Source of the DNA: the human T2T-CHM13v2.0 reference genome, Homo sapiens
NCBI RefSeq assembly: GCF_009914755.1
Contig: NC_060932.1
Length of the DNA stretch: 64,000 bases
Reading direction: 5' to 3' (one strand)
This document shows positions 44,127-59,742 of the stretch, one piece after another (position 1 is the first letter of the stretch; each line of letters begins with the position of its first letter). Below the pieces are notes generated by a model, which was not told the DNA's origin, did no database searches, and worked only from the letters and a program-made list of their open reading frames with translations. The position numbers and the translations under genes are program-made.

Positions 44127-46105
44127 CTATCAAATATCCAATCAGAAAGAGGTTCAGGATCATCTGGTCCACTGGAAAGGAGAAGGAGGTAATAGTTAAT
44201 GAGCACCTGTCTCTCACCACATCCTGTACTCCTTGCTTTAAGCTTAGATTATCATATTTATTCTTTAAAATTTTTAGATGAAGAAACTAAACCTAATAAA
44301 AATTAAGGAAATTGACTGAGGTCATTCAGCTAGCAGGAACTGGAGGCCCAACTTGACCCCAGGGGAGTTTTCAAAGCCTATGACCTCTCTTTTACATGAT
44401 GCTGAATTAGTGGCATCACATTATCTGACCCCTCAGATTTTCAACAAGTCTGCAAGCCACCAACTCTCAGCAGGCACCTGGGAAAAAAGAACAAAGTTAG
44501 GATGACCCTGTGAACACTGTTCCACCCACTGCAGGCTTTGAGGGGAAGAATTCCTTGAGCTACTCTCACAAAAAATGTTCTACAGGAACCTGGGACTACT
44601 AAGGTCACTTATGCATGAAATGGTTGAGGCAGGAGTGAGTGAAAGTTATGTTCTTAAAAATAAAGAAATGCAATGCATCAAAGGCGGCCACAGGGAGGTG
44701 ACAAGATAAAAAAGGTGCTAGATTTAGGTGACCTCACTTTTGATCTTATCTCTACTTCCACTGCCCTCTGCCCCTTCCTTAGATCATTTGCAAAATGCAC
44801 ACAGCAATGCTTACATGATAGAATTTTCTGAAAATTATGTAAGATAATATATGCAGATTTCCCAATGCAGCCTGTGACACAGGGCAGGTGCACAGTAGGG
44901 GTTTGCCAGACGTAAGTCCAAAAAGACAATTTACTGCAAATTAGTAGAACTCAGTACATCACTCCTATTTTTAAATGTATTTTCTGCAAGGTTTTCTGGT
45001 GTTGATCAGGAGACATTCATCATTGTCTCAGCATGACCTGCACCAAATCCAGGTCACATGAAGTTATAAATGTATCTTGTATTTTAATGTCACAACCCTT
45101 GGCTGATTCTAAGGCAAAAAGAAAAAATATATATATATATTCTTAATACATGAACCTAAACAAAGCCAAACAGTCACAAGCCAGAATGTAGTGAAGGAAA
45201 CAGACTTCTTCGTTCTGCAAGAATAATATTTTAGGCATGGGGAATGCCCAGAGGTTACTAAAGAGAAGCAGAATGGTCACAGGGGGTCACCTAATAGGAA
45301 GACAGCAAGCGTGATTTATGAGAGCCATATGAGAGTGAAGACTCACGGTGCTATGTAGGACAAAGGAAGGCAAAGAGGCGAGATCCTCCCAGATCCCTCC
45401 CTGTATCCCAGCAAGAGATGAAGACAAATGGACCCAGACATAGAAGGAAAGGAATTTTATTAAAAGCGAATGATACAAATTTTCAGGAAAGAGTTGAGAT
45501 TCATGAGAAAAATAAACTTATGTTTTGTGGGACTCTAGCATGTTAACCAAAGAAATCCATCTATCAGGGGAAAAATGGGGTCAGGAAAGATATACTGGAG
45601 AATCAGACACCTGAAAAAAAGAAACAGAGCAGAAAGGAAAGAGAATACTGAAGAACCCAGCTGCCACACCCAGGTGGGCCATCAGACCATGTCTGGAGAT
45701 TCCTGGCCACCCCAGTGGGGCCCCCCAAAAACAAACACCAGCATTGGAAATTAACCTTGCAGAACTGAAGTTAGAGAGCGATTGTGATATAAAATAATCA
45801 CTCTCTTTTGCAGTCTGTTGCCACCAGAATTCTTTTATTCAAACTACCCTAAACAAAAATAGATTTGGGCTCATTTTCAAGGGCCCATTTAGTGTGTCAA
45901 AGGAAAGACACTGCTAAAGGATGTGGTGTATAATCTTCCATGACAAAGGGTCATGCAATATGTATGATCAATCCTTTCACCCCTGAGGCACAGCCATAAT
46001 GTCTTCCAGATAAGAACTTCCTGAGGAACACACTCCTTCTCTCTTATGGCTGAAATATGGATTGAATCTGGGAAGGACATTGACCTCTGCTAGCTGCAAA
46101 TCAAC

Positions 46106-46552
46106 TTTATTAAGCCACTCTTGCATTGCTATAAATAAATACCTGAGACTGGGTAATTTATAAGAAAACAGATTTAACTGGCTCACGGTTCTACAGGCTT
46201 TACAGGAAGCATGGTGCCAGCATCTGCTTCTGGTGAGGCCTCGGGAAGCTTCCAATCATGGCAGAAGGGGAAGTAGGTGTCTCACATGGCAGGAGTGGGA
46301 GCAAGAGATGTGGGGAGTAGGTGCCACACACTTAACAATCAGATCTCATAAGAACTCACTCACTCTCCTGAGGACTGCACCAAGGGGATGGTGCAGTCCT
46401 CATGATAAACCATGAATTAGATAAACCATTCTAAACCACCCACAAGAAATCCATCCCCATGATCCGATCGCCTCCCACCAGGTCCCACTTCCGACACTGG
46501 GAATTACATTTCAACCTGAGATCTGGGTGGGGCAAATAACCAAACTATAACA
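46106..46552 (-). mobile_element. MSTA-like (MaLR) solo LTR
   Basis: 'cttgcattgctataaataaatacctgagactggg...caaactataaca', 5 bp TSD tcaac. Confidence 0.9.
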
Positions 46553-47796
46553 TCAACCCCTGAACTAACGGGCCTGATGTGAAATAAGGTCAAGCTTAGG
46601 GCAGCGATGACCAAGAGAGACAGCCAGTAAGAGGGCGGTTACAGAAGAAGAGGATGACTTCAATAGGTGTATAATGAAAACCAGATGCAATTCTGTTGCT
46701 CTGTAAGACTTTCTATACAAATGACAGGTTTTAATTAAAATAATTTTTAAAATTATAATTGTTTCAAAGAAAAAGAATAGGGCAGTATTATGAAAATATG
46801 AACATCAACCCCCCCTGTGCAAAATGCTGAGGATGCAAAGATGTATAAGGGAAGACCCCTGTCCTCCTAAAGTCTAACGCTGTGATCTCTGGGTCTTCCC
46901 ATCTCTGCCTTTTAAATTTAAGGAAGAACAGGGTGGACCCTCCAGGAGTTACTGAGACTGAGATCCCAAGACCACACCTGAGTTCTACCAGCTGTTTAAG
47001 TAACCCCAGTCCTCCTACTGGAAGCACATATCAGATCACTGCTGACTTCCTCATTCCCCCAGGAAGCCATCCAGACAACCTTCTGCTGCCCTACTTTGTG
47101 ACACCAGGGTGCCCTCTCACTTGGCACCTACCTGGAACCCAGCCCCCTCTCCTGGCTTTGGGCATCAGCACAATTGCAGGGTGCCTCTAGCCTGTGTCCC
47201 TGTGTCCCTCTGCCACTGGGCTTGCCCTGACTTCTCCTCCTTCCCCCTACTCCTCTTGTCATCAGAGAAGGAGAAAGTCTTGGCTTAAAGGAAGCTCTGA
47301 GAACAAGAGTTTGCCCAGTCCCTTCTACCAGGCTGCCCACTACCCGCTTGGCTGGAAGCAAACTGCATCTTCATGCAACTTCACTCCTGCTCCACGTGAA
47401 GAACCTGGAATAACCTGGAGAAAGGGTTTTTCCTCACATCCTCCCTGCTTCTCAGGTCCTCCCACTCTCTGCAGTCATGGACTTAAAGATCAGCATCCCT
47501 GTGACCGCGGGACGGGACAGCAACGTTCCAATTCTCAGCCTGGAAGTCATTTGGAAACCTCCTTTGGTCTTACACTAATTATCCCATTCATCTATTTTTA
47601 CCTACTCAGGTATCCTCCAAATCTATCAATGTCTCATTTTTCACTTCTGCCATCAGCCACACTGATTCAGTGGACTCTTGCAAGGCTGACACTCGACAGC
47701 TCCCCTCAGCTCTTCTTACCTGAGTCCACTCTGCATCTCCCATCACTACCTGCTTCTGTCTCCAGACACCAGCCGTGCTCATGCTGGCTGTCTTCT

Positions 47797-48157
47797 TCTT
47801 TTTTTTTAATTTTACTTTAAGTTCTGGGATACATATGCAGAACGTGCAGGTTTGTTACATAGGTATAAATGTGCCATAGTGGTTTGCTGCACCTATCAAC
47901 CCGTCATCTAGGTTTTAAGCCCTGTATGCATTAGGTATTTGTCCTAATGCTCTCCCTCCCCTTGCCCCCCACCCCCCAACAGGCCCCGGTGTGTGACGTT
48001 CCCCTCCCTGTGTCCATGTGTTCTCATTGTTCAACTCCCAATTACGAGTGAGAACATGCAGTGTTTGTTTTTCTGTTCCTGTGTTAGTTTGCTGAGAATG
48101 ATGGTTTCCAGCTTCATCCATTTCCCTGCAAAGAACATGAACTCATTCTTTTTTATG
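47797..48157 (-). mobile_element. L1PA8-like 3' end, 5'-truncated
   Basis: Same 3' UTR type as 34541-35290. Confidence 0.9.
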
Positions 48158-48817
48158 ACTTCCTTCTTACTCCTTCCAAAGACCATGTTCTCTCAGACCT
48201 TAGGGCCTTTGCACATCCTACTTACTCTACCTGGAATTATCACACCACACTCTTCCCCACCATCACTGCAAAACATATATCTCTGTGCTTAGTTAATCAC
48301 TAATCAACTTCCAGACACAGCTCAAGCATCACGTATTCAGGAAAGCCCTTCTCTGATTCCAAAGACCTTGTGGAGTTCTTTATTCTAAGCTTTCCACTAT
48401 GTTTCTTTATTTAAATATTTGTACGATTTTTAAAAATTAACATCCATTCCCCCCCACCACTATCCTTGTAAGTTCTGTAAACAGAAACTGCATCTGTTTC
48501 ATTCACTGTTAAATTCCCAGCAATCAGCACACTGCCTGACTCTTGGTAGGCAAGCAATTAATATTTTCTGAATGAAAAAATAAATGATTGAAGATCACAG
48601 GATAATACAGACCTCAGGTTCTAGAGCCAAACAGTATTGAGTTTGAATCTTGGCTGTATCACCTACAAGGTGTGTAACTTTGGATAAGATTCTTGACTTA
48701 AGCTCCTTCCACATGTTTTTCACCAGAGGTGACAAAGATTCTTACTCATATTTATAAAGTTCACATGAAATTTCTATCAAGTATTTAGCATAGGGCCTGA
48801 CACATTAAATAGGTTTA

Positions 48818-49151
<334 letters not shown>

Positions 49152-49640
49152 TTAACAATAAAACAGTGGAGTTAGAGTACAGGAGGGGGCTACCAGGCTT
49201 TCCAATGATCAAAGACCCATGGCACTATCTCCACCAGGGAAAACAATTATTTCCACAGCTGTCTTTCCAATGAATCCTTCTTTCCTCTCCTCTGTATCAG
49301 ATTCTAGGCAGAAGTTATAACTATGATATATATCTCAGTATAAATGAGTTTCAGAAGCAGAGTCCCAAGCTAGAGAATTGGTCTCAGGCCGAGAAAATCA
49401 TGTGTAGCTGAAGCAATATGCCATATGTTTCCACCAATGACGAGTTCTACTATTTTTTTTCATTTAAATTATTATTTGTGTATTTGTACCTGTATAACAA
49501 AAAATTTTTATTCCACCTGGGGGTATAGTTTGGTGAGGTGATTTGTATTGACAAGAAAGAACATATTAAATCTGGGCTGTCCTAGAAGACTCAGGAATTT
49601 GGGTTACCATAATTTGGCTTGGAGGACAGATGGCATAAAA

Positions 49641-49985
49641 CGACCAGGTGGGCTGACTGTTGCCTGTAATCCTAGCACTTTGAGAGGCCAAGACGGGAAG
49701 AATCGTTTGAGGCCAGAGGTTCGAGACCAGCCTGGGCAACATAGTGAGACCTTGTATCAACTAAAAAATTTTTAAAAATTTAAAAATTAGCTGGTTGCCG
49801 TGATGCATGCCTGTGGTCTGCCTAATTTGGAGACTCAGGTGGGAGGATCACTTGAGATCATGAGCTATGATTATGCTATTGCATTCCATCCAGCCTGAGC
49901 AACAGAGAGTGACCCTATCTTGAAAGAAGGAAAAGAAAGAAAAGAAGGAAAGAGAGAGAAAAGAAAAGAAGAAAGAAACAGAAAT
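49641..49985 (+). mobile_element. AluJ with GA-rich tail
   Basis: Diverged dimer. Confidence 0.9.
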
Positions 49986-50176
49986 AAGCTGTCCTCATTG
50001 TTTCCACATCATATGTTCACAAATTTCAAACTTTTCTCTGAAAAGAAACAAAGCCAAATAGCAACAATGCAAATGGAAACTCGGGGGTTTGAAATGATGC
50101 TTCTCTCTTAGGTGAAACTCTAACAGCCACAAACTGAAAGTCTGATAAGGAAGAGAAGAAAGGCACCTTTAGAGTT

Positions 50177-50815
<639 letters not shown>

Positions 50816-51333
50816 ACTTGAGCCAGTGTGGCACATAAATACTAAATCGCATCTATTGATTTTCTAATTGCCCTTCAGGTCTTCCAGGTGGGAACAGCAG
50901 GCCTGTCCTAACTGGACTATAGAAGTTGCAAATTACCCTGAAGAGACCCAAATGAAGGGAACCCATACACATTGATCCTCTCCTTGGGACCTTAAACATT
51001 ATTGCTTCACTCTCCTCCCACCAGGGGTACTTTGAGTGGGGGAAGATAAAAAGCATCTGGATGCTTAAAGTTATTCTCATGCCTCTGGCATACAGAGCAG
51101 ACTCTCAAACATCAAGTTCTGTGTATTTGTCTTAAAAAACACAAAGAAAAGTCCAAAGTCTGTGTTCCATTCTGCCACCAGGCTTGTGGAGAAAGGTGCT
51201 CCAGGAGACTGTAGGTGCTGGCAGCCCCGGGCAGTGTAGACGAATACAGCTTCCATGGAGAAACACAGCAACACTTATCAAAATTATAAATGCACACATG
51301 TTTTCACCCAGCAATTTCATGTCTAGGAAATGT

Positions 51334-51338
<5 letters not shown>

Positions 51339-51386
<48 letters not shown>
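51339..51386. repeat. (TA)n microsatellite, about 24 units
   Basis: Seen directly. Confidence 0.97.
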
Positions 51387-51391
<5 letters not shown>

Positions 51392-51550
51392 TTGTATACC
51401 TGAAAAAGAGATACACACATTTATTCATCATGGCATTCTTTGTAATAGCAAGTGATAGGAAAAACCCAAATATCCGTAAGTAGGGGACTACATAAATTAT
51501 GGGATATCTTTACAATGAAATACTCAGCATCTGTTCGGGTTTATGTTTGT

Positions 51551-51552
<2 letters not shown>

Positions 51553-51584
<32 letters not shown>
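51553..51584. repeat. (GT)16 microsatellite
   Basis: Seen directly. Confidence 0.97.
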
Positions 51585-51585
<1 letters not shown>

Positions 51586-51587
<2 letters not shown>

Positions 51588-52270
51588 GGATTCTTATTAT
51601 TTGTGGTAGTTCTGTTCTATAAAGTTGCTATGAACACTGAATTAGCAAATACTGAACCATTGCTCTTAAATACAAGATTAGCTTCCTGTGAGCCTCTGTC
51701 TATAACATTTTCAACTGATCAATATGTAACCTCATTTTACGTACGTTTCTGTTAAAAGACACATTATTTGATATACATTGGTGATCTGTTAGCACTGAGC
51801 TCACGGCCAGCATTAGCCGTGAAGCAATGTCACTCAGCCTGAAGCACTGTCACTCAGCACTGTCACTCAGCCTGAAGGAAGCTTATTTAATGCATGTCTT
51901 TTCTCCCTGAGGCACCTTACAGCCCTCTCGTGTTTTGGAACGCAGGGCAGCACTTCAGTGTTGCGTTTGGAGGCCATTTTAAACAGTGAAATCGACAACA
52001 AAAAGCACAGAAAGGTAACAAGCATGGCTCCAAACAGACCGTGAGAAGGACACTTGTTCATAGTATGGAAGCCGAAGCAGGAAGGCAGAGTCTTACTTGG
52101 TTTGACCTCAGCTGGAAACATGCACTTTGGGTGACTCAAACTTTTCACTACCCTGCCCATGGCTGTGAATGACTACAAATGTGTGCCAGTACTGATGGGA
52201 GGTTACAAGTAAAGTTCAATGAGTAGGCGAATCTGCTCATATGGAATCCACAAATAATGAGCATCCACTG
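51586..52270 (-). mobile_element. MER82-like Tigger element with transposase N-terminal remnant
   Basis: TIRs 'ggattcttattatttgtgg' and 'ccacaaataatgagcatcc', TA flanks; ORF 51867..52160 contains MASKRNTEVLPCVPKHERAVRCLREK. Confidence 0.8.
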
Positions 52271-52314
52271 TACACACATACACACACGCATGCACACAAA
52301 CACCCTTTACCTCA

Positions 52315-52584
<270 letters not shown>

Positions 52585-52633
52585 TTATTTATGTATCCAT
52601 CAAATATCCTTGGAAGGGCAATGAATTACCTCT

Positions 52634-53147
52634 TGCGATGGTTAATATTGGGTGTCAACTTGATTGGATTGAAGGATGCAAAGTATTGTTCCTGGGTGTG
52701 TCTGTGAGGTGTTGCCAAAGGAGGTTAACATTTGAGTCAGTGGACTGGGAGAGGCAGACCCACCCTCAGTCTGGGTGGGCACCATCTAATCAAGGCTGCC
52801 AGTGTGGCCAGAATAAAAGCAGACAAAAGAAAATGAGAAGACTAGACTGGCTGAGTCTCCCAGCCTAGTCTTTCTCCCATGCTGGATCCTTCCTGCCCTA
52901 GAACATCAGACTCCAAGTTCTTCAGCTTTGGGACTCCTGGACCTTCGACCACAGACTGAAGGCTGCACTGTTGGCTTCTCTACTTTTGAGGTCTCGGGAC
53001 TTGGACTGGCTTCTTTTTTCCTCAGCTTGCAGGCGGCCTATTGTTGGATCTCACCTTGTGATCGTGTGAGTCAATATTCCTTAATAAGCTCCTGTTTATA
53101 TATACATCTATCCTATTAGTTCTGTCCCTCTAGAGAACCCTAATACT
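52634..53147 (+). mobile_element. MLT2A (ERVL) solo LTR
   Basis: 'tgcgatggttaatattgggtgtcaacttgattggattgaagg...tagagaaccctaatac', TSD cctct. Confidence 0.9.
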
Positions 53148-53918
53148 CCTCTGAACAACTGAAGGACAGAAATGGCAGGAAGACTTCATTGTATTCCCTT
53201 TCTCTTCTTGTCATGAAGCCAGTCCCTCCACAGTCACCACTCCACATCAGTCGTAAGAGAAAGTTGGTAGACTCAGTGAAATGACAATCTGTAAGGTTTT
53301 TTCATTAGTCACCATGACTCTTTTCAAATGTATGTTATCATTATCCCTTTCAAAAAATAAACAGAGCAACAATTCCTGTGTTGACATATTAAAGAACTAT
53401 GGCACGGTCATCACCAGATTTTAGTTATTAAGGACCCTTAACCATTCCTTCCCTGAATATAGATTTTCAGTAAATGACAACGTCTAATTTAAAATTCTGT
53501 CTGTGGTCTTTTCCATTTGTGTGAACAGCACACAAAAAAATTACTTATTATGAAAAAAATACTAAATAGAAAGAAGAAGAAAAGCTGAATACCTGGTGGT
53601 CTCTAGAAGGAAGCAAAGAAAAATGGATCTTGGGAATAAATAGGATTTTGACCCTTCAGAGTTGGATGGTGACAGTGCTCCCTAGCATAAGCGTGCAGCA
53701 AAGCAGAGACACAGACTTGCTAATGCCACAGAGAGAACTGTCTCTACTGGTTAAAGACAGAACAACGGAAAGGACACTAGACATTCAAAGAAAATGAAAC
53801 AGAGAATCAGTAATGCTTTCTAATCACCTACTGGAGAAAAGAAACATGCATAACGCTATTGCAATCATAATTGTATTACATCAGCCCTTTGGAATGGTAT
53901 CTGAGAAAAGCCAGTCTA

Positions 53919-54235
<317 letters not shown>

Positions 54236-54589
54236 CTATGGTTGCTAAATTCCTATATTGAAGACCTAATCCCCAGTGCGATCATATGTAAAGGTCATAA
54301 GATAGTATTACCTTTGAGAGATGACTAGCTCATGGGAGTGGAGCCCTCATGAATGGGATTAGTACCCTCACAAAAAGAGACACAAAGAGGTGATCTCTCT
54401 TGCTATCCCATATGCCACCTGAACTGCCATAAGATGTTCATCTGCAAAGCAGGATGAGAACCCTCGCCAGAAACTGAATCGGCTGACAACTTGATCTCAG
54501 ACTCCCCAGAACTGTGAGAATTACCTTTCTGACGTTTAAGCCACCTAGGCTATGGGATTTTGTTATAGCAGCACAGGCCAACTAAAACA
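54236..54589 (+). mobile_element. MaLR solo LTR (MLT1A/MST-like)
   Basis: 'gagccctcatgaatgggattag...cagaactgtgagaa...ttgttatagcagcacag...actaaaaca'. Confidence 0.8.
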
Positions 54590-54628
54590 AGGGTCGACTG
54601 TCTTGGTCGCGCCCCACCCACATGACAA

Positions 54629-55246
54629 TGTTGAACTTCAGCTGAAGTCCTGGAAAAACATGAGCTCCTGCTTCTGGAAAACAGGAATAGTTTCTTTTAA
54701 ATCTCCCATCCTTTTCTGTTCCAGGAAAGAGCTTGCTGCAAAGACCAACCTTTCCCCAAAAGACATAGATAAGATGTGTGGATGATCATCTTATTTACCT
54801 ATTGACAAGGCCAGACACAAACTCTCCCAATTCCCATTCTTCAGCTCATAAATAATTAACTGAACTATCTGTCCCCACTAACAAATCTGGACAAAATGCC
54901 CACTAACGCAGCCTGACCAAACTTTGGTCAGTCTTCTCTGCTTTCCCACGGTCCCTGAACTTTGTCCCACTCTTATGCTTGTGCGAGCACTGAGAGCTTA
55001 TGCAAGAATGCAGACAAGACACCACTACTGCCAACAGCCTTTCCCTATAATCGACTGACTACATATGCAGAGAAACATTCCTGTTTAGTTGCTCACTCAC
55101 AGCACCTACTCCCTTGACTCTCCAACACCCAGCTCCTTCTAGCCGTGCTTTACTTCTCCAAGTGGTTGGGACATTCCCCCTATTGCAATAGACTTCCATA
55201 TATGATCAGTCCTTACCTAAGTGCTGATTTTTTTCTTTTATTTGAC
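54629..55246 (+). mobile_element. Probable ERV1-class LTR (MER34/MER39-like, tentative)
   Basis: LTR-like blocks ending 'ccttacctaagt...ttttatttgac'. Confidence 0.35.
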
Positions 55247-55592
55247 CTTTTGGAAACATCTGTAAGTTGGCATACACTTGCTTCTGCAAATCTTTCACCT
55301 GCCCTCAGGAACCGAGCCCCTCCTACTGGCCAACCCAGTCTCCATCCCTCCCCAAACATACCCCAGGCTCTAGCCCTGCTTCGCAGCACCCTCACCAGAA
55401 CCAGATTGGGGGTAGGAGAGCTAAGCAGCATCTTGGGTCACCTAACTAAAAACAGTACAAAATCTGCAATGAAAGAAGTCAGAAAAAACAAAATTCCTGT
55501 TAAGCCAAGTTTCCACTCACTAACTCTGAATGGTTCTTGCTTCTGGCAAAGCTGACTTTTTTCATGGTCGAGGCAACATTCTGACCGCAAAG

Positions 55593-55615
55593 ATCTCTCT
55601 CTCTCTCTCTCTGTC

Positions 55616-55655
<40 letters not shown>

Positions 55656-55709
55656 ATGCTCTCTCTCTCTCTGTCGCGGTCTCTCTCTCTTTCTCTCTCT
55701 CTCTCTCTC
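55593..55709. repeat. Interrupted (CT)n microsatellite
   Basis: Four CT runs separated by gtcacagt, gtcatg, gtcgcggt. Confidence 0.95.
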
Positions 55710-57099
55710 GTGCTTTTGCACCATGCACCTGCAAGTTGCACAGAGCTACAGCAGATTTTATCACCAACCTGGGGCTTGGCCAACGTAGAATTGACAGCTA
55801 TGGTCAGCTACAATCCTGAACCCGATACTGCATGTGGTTTCCTAAAAATGAAGGATTTGTGTTACCTACATTATAAACCTTTAATTGTCCTCCCAAGAAA
55901 TTGCTAGTTCGGAAATTAACAAAAGGAAGCTGAAGAAGAGAAAAGAAGGAAGAAAGAAAGGTGAGGGTGGGCTGGGGCAGTGGGGCAGGGGGGGATAATT
56001 TGCTATAACAAAAGGCAATAAAGGGAAATTTTAAACATATGTCATATAGTACTTCATAATTATATCCACAAACATAATCTCTATCTTGGCCAAATGTGTG
56101 TAACTATAGCTATCCACAAGAGATCCAATTCCAAACAAGTTTTAATGTTATAACTGGGTTATGGACTTGATTCCTTATTTTGAATATAAAACAACATATG
56201 TATTGCTAATTTTTCAAAGGGGCTTTCTAAATAAATATTGAATGAAAGTCAGTTTGAAGGGCCCCTGCAAGTCTCTGCCTAACCAGGTCTCCCACAGGCC
56301 TTCCTCATTGTTCCCTCTAAGGCTTTGCACAGCAGGCAGCTCCACCAAGAACAGGCGCCCCGTCATGGTACAAATCTTCCAGAGCCTTCTAAAGCTTTTG
56401 CCTTGGGGAAGCCATTGTTAAGCACTCCAGCTTCCATCAAAAAATCACTTCTCTGATCATCAACTTCATTAGAGGCAGGGCCACACAAATTAGCCCTTGA
56501 TTGTTTTTAAATTGCTTTCTGTATGACTTTTCTCTCCAACTACCTGATGAACTCCATATTTCATTTTTTTCTGTGTCCTTTACAGCATGCGGCTCTGTAC
56601 TCTGTACATAGTAGAAGCTCAGTAGAAATTGGCTGATTGATTAATTATGAAAGGGCCCATAGATCAGGAGATACTCCACAAGAAAGAAGAAAAAATTCCA
56701 CGACAGAATACTTGACACACACTTTACAATTTATCATGCACCTTCACAAACATGATTTTATCTTGAGTCCCTTAACAACTCTGAGAGACAGTCAGGACAG
56801 CAATTATATTGCTTGATTATAACCATGGTAATTGAGTTTTAGAAAGTCTAAAGCAAAGTTGTGAAACTCATGCGTAGCAGAACTGGGGATAGAATCTCCA
56901 CTTCTAACTCTCAATGCTGGGTACTATTTAAGCTGGAAGCCAAACACACAGCACTTGTTGGTAAACGCATCTGTCTTTGAGAACTGACCACGAAGTCAAC
57001 AGCAGACCACTTGAGAAGACAAGGGGACATTTGACAAAGTAAATGTCAACGTTACGCACAATGTCCCACCATCCCAACCTCGACTCCTGCCTCTGCCAT

Positions 57100-57822
<723 letters not shown>

Positions 57823-59742
57823 GTGCTAGAACTTCATACTCAAGAAATGCCTCTGAGTTTGTTTCCCTGAAGACATTACCAATGCTGACTGCACACTCAA
57901 AAGGGCCTTTTCCCACTCTTTTTTATTTAGCTCACCCAAATCTATCCTTTAAGAAGTGGTTCAGTGTCACTTTCCCCAGGAAAACTTATCTAGCCCCATC
58001 GTATCAGGAGAGGCCAGGGACCCTTCACCATGCCCAGGCATATGTCTATGGTAGCACTTATCATGCTGCATTGAGATACAGGGTCTACACATCTGACTTC
58101 CCCACTAGATCCTGATCTGTGTTGGGGAAGGTGTCCATGTCCCCCAGCGCTTTGCAGATGCTCGTTATCGTCTTACGATGGGATGTTGTGGAGCTAGTTT
58201 ACAGTATCAGAGTAGATCTCCTTTTGTTTTCTACTTTTCCAGCCATGTCTCTGTCAAGTACTAGCTGGGTGATCACAGTCAATTACTTAATCTCTCTGTT
58301 TGCTTCTCTGCTAAGTGGGGACAGTGACAACTCCTGCCTTCTCCAGGGCTTGTGAAGATGAAAGATCACTCATATATATAAAGCATTTAGAACACGTGTG
58401 GAAAGTGCATGATAAAAGCCAGCCACTATTTTTACCCTGCCCAGAACAACAATGCTCCCTGGCTCCAGACCCCGTAACAGTTACAAGGCCAAAAAATAAG
58501 ACACCACTTCAAGATATGTGGGAAAAGACTAGGAATAGCATTTAGGGAAGCAGGATTTTAATCTCAGGTCTGACCACTTTGGTCAAGTCATGGTACTTCT
58601 TTATTTTCACCTTTGTAATAAGAAGGGTTTAGATTAGATTGATTCTTCCCCATCTAGACTCTAGGATGTTTAGGGACTTGTAAAAGTGACACTCAGCTTC
58701 TCAAGCTATGCAGAATATTTCAGATCTGAAGGAAAGCATGTATATTAAGAGTAGTAACACTGATGACACTAACCAAATGCCAAGCTTCTCTATGTTTAGA
58801 GGGAATTATCTTAACCCCACATAAAAATACCGTTTACTTAAAACTGACTTGCGATTTTGGTCAGCAGTTACTTACATTTTGCAAAAATCAAAGTATCACA
58901 CACACAAAAAAAAAACCCAGGTAAAACTAAATCACCTTTTTTACTTAAAAATGCTGTTTCCCATACAGATCATTTTTTCCCAAAGCATCTGACCCACGGG
59001 TCTGAAGATAATAAAAGGGTGAAAAACGGAGACTCTCAATGGACTGCGTGAACACTGAAGTCCTTTCTGTCTCTAACGCTGGAGGGATTACTGAAAATTT
59101 CTCTAAGGCAATTGACCATAACAATTTATTTCTCACTTAATTTTACTCTGTGGCCCCAAGGGAAAAATGTCTTCCAGGGGGAAAAAAAATGTAAGATCCG
59201 AGTAAGGATTCTAAAGATAAAAGCATGTGAAGAGAAAATTTAAACAGCTGACAATGTCAAAACAGAAGATAGAAATGAATTTGGGTGTTTAAAACAACAA
59301 CAGCAAAAGCCAAATGGCCTGAAGTAGAAATGGCAACAATAGACCTTAGAAGTATAATAGGCCCTTCACTGCGTTTGTAAGTAAATTTCGAGTTCCTATG
59401 AATGGGGTGGGAGCAGGGTTCATACATGGTCAGGGTGTGGGAAATCAGGAACACATTTTCTCTGTTTACGAAGCCATACGCTGGGGGTATTCAGGGCAGA
59501 TGTGAATGCTCTTCTCAATCAGTTAACACTGGGATGCAAACCTCTCACAGCCCCTGGGAGCACAGAATCTGAGTAGGAAGTGAGGTGAGTAGAATAAAGT
59601 GTTATTATATCCTTCTGAGAATACAGCGTGCTAGTGGAGAGAGTATCAGTAATAATAATACATGCAGAAAGTGCTTTGAAAACAAAATGCTAAATAAATA
59701 TGACTTATGTCAGTTGGGCCTTATGAAAAATCTATACCTTCG

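Noticed and set aside
47194-47820. Longest ORF (208 aa)
   Set aside because: Non-ATG start, no recognisable domain, Ser/Pro/Leu bias, runs into an L1 poly(T) tail.
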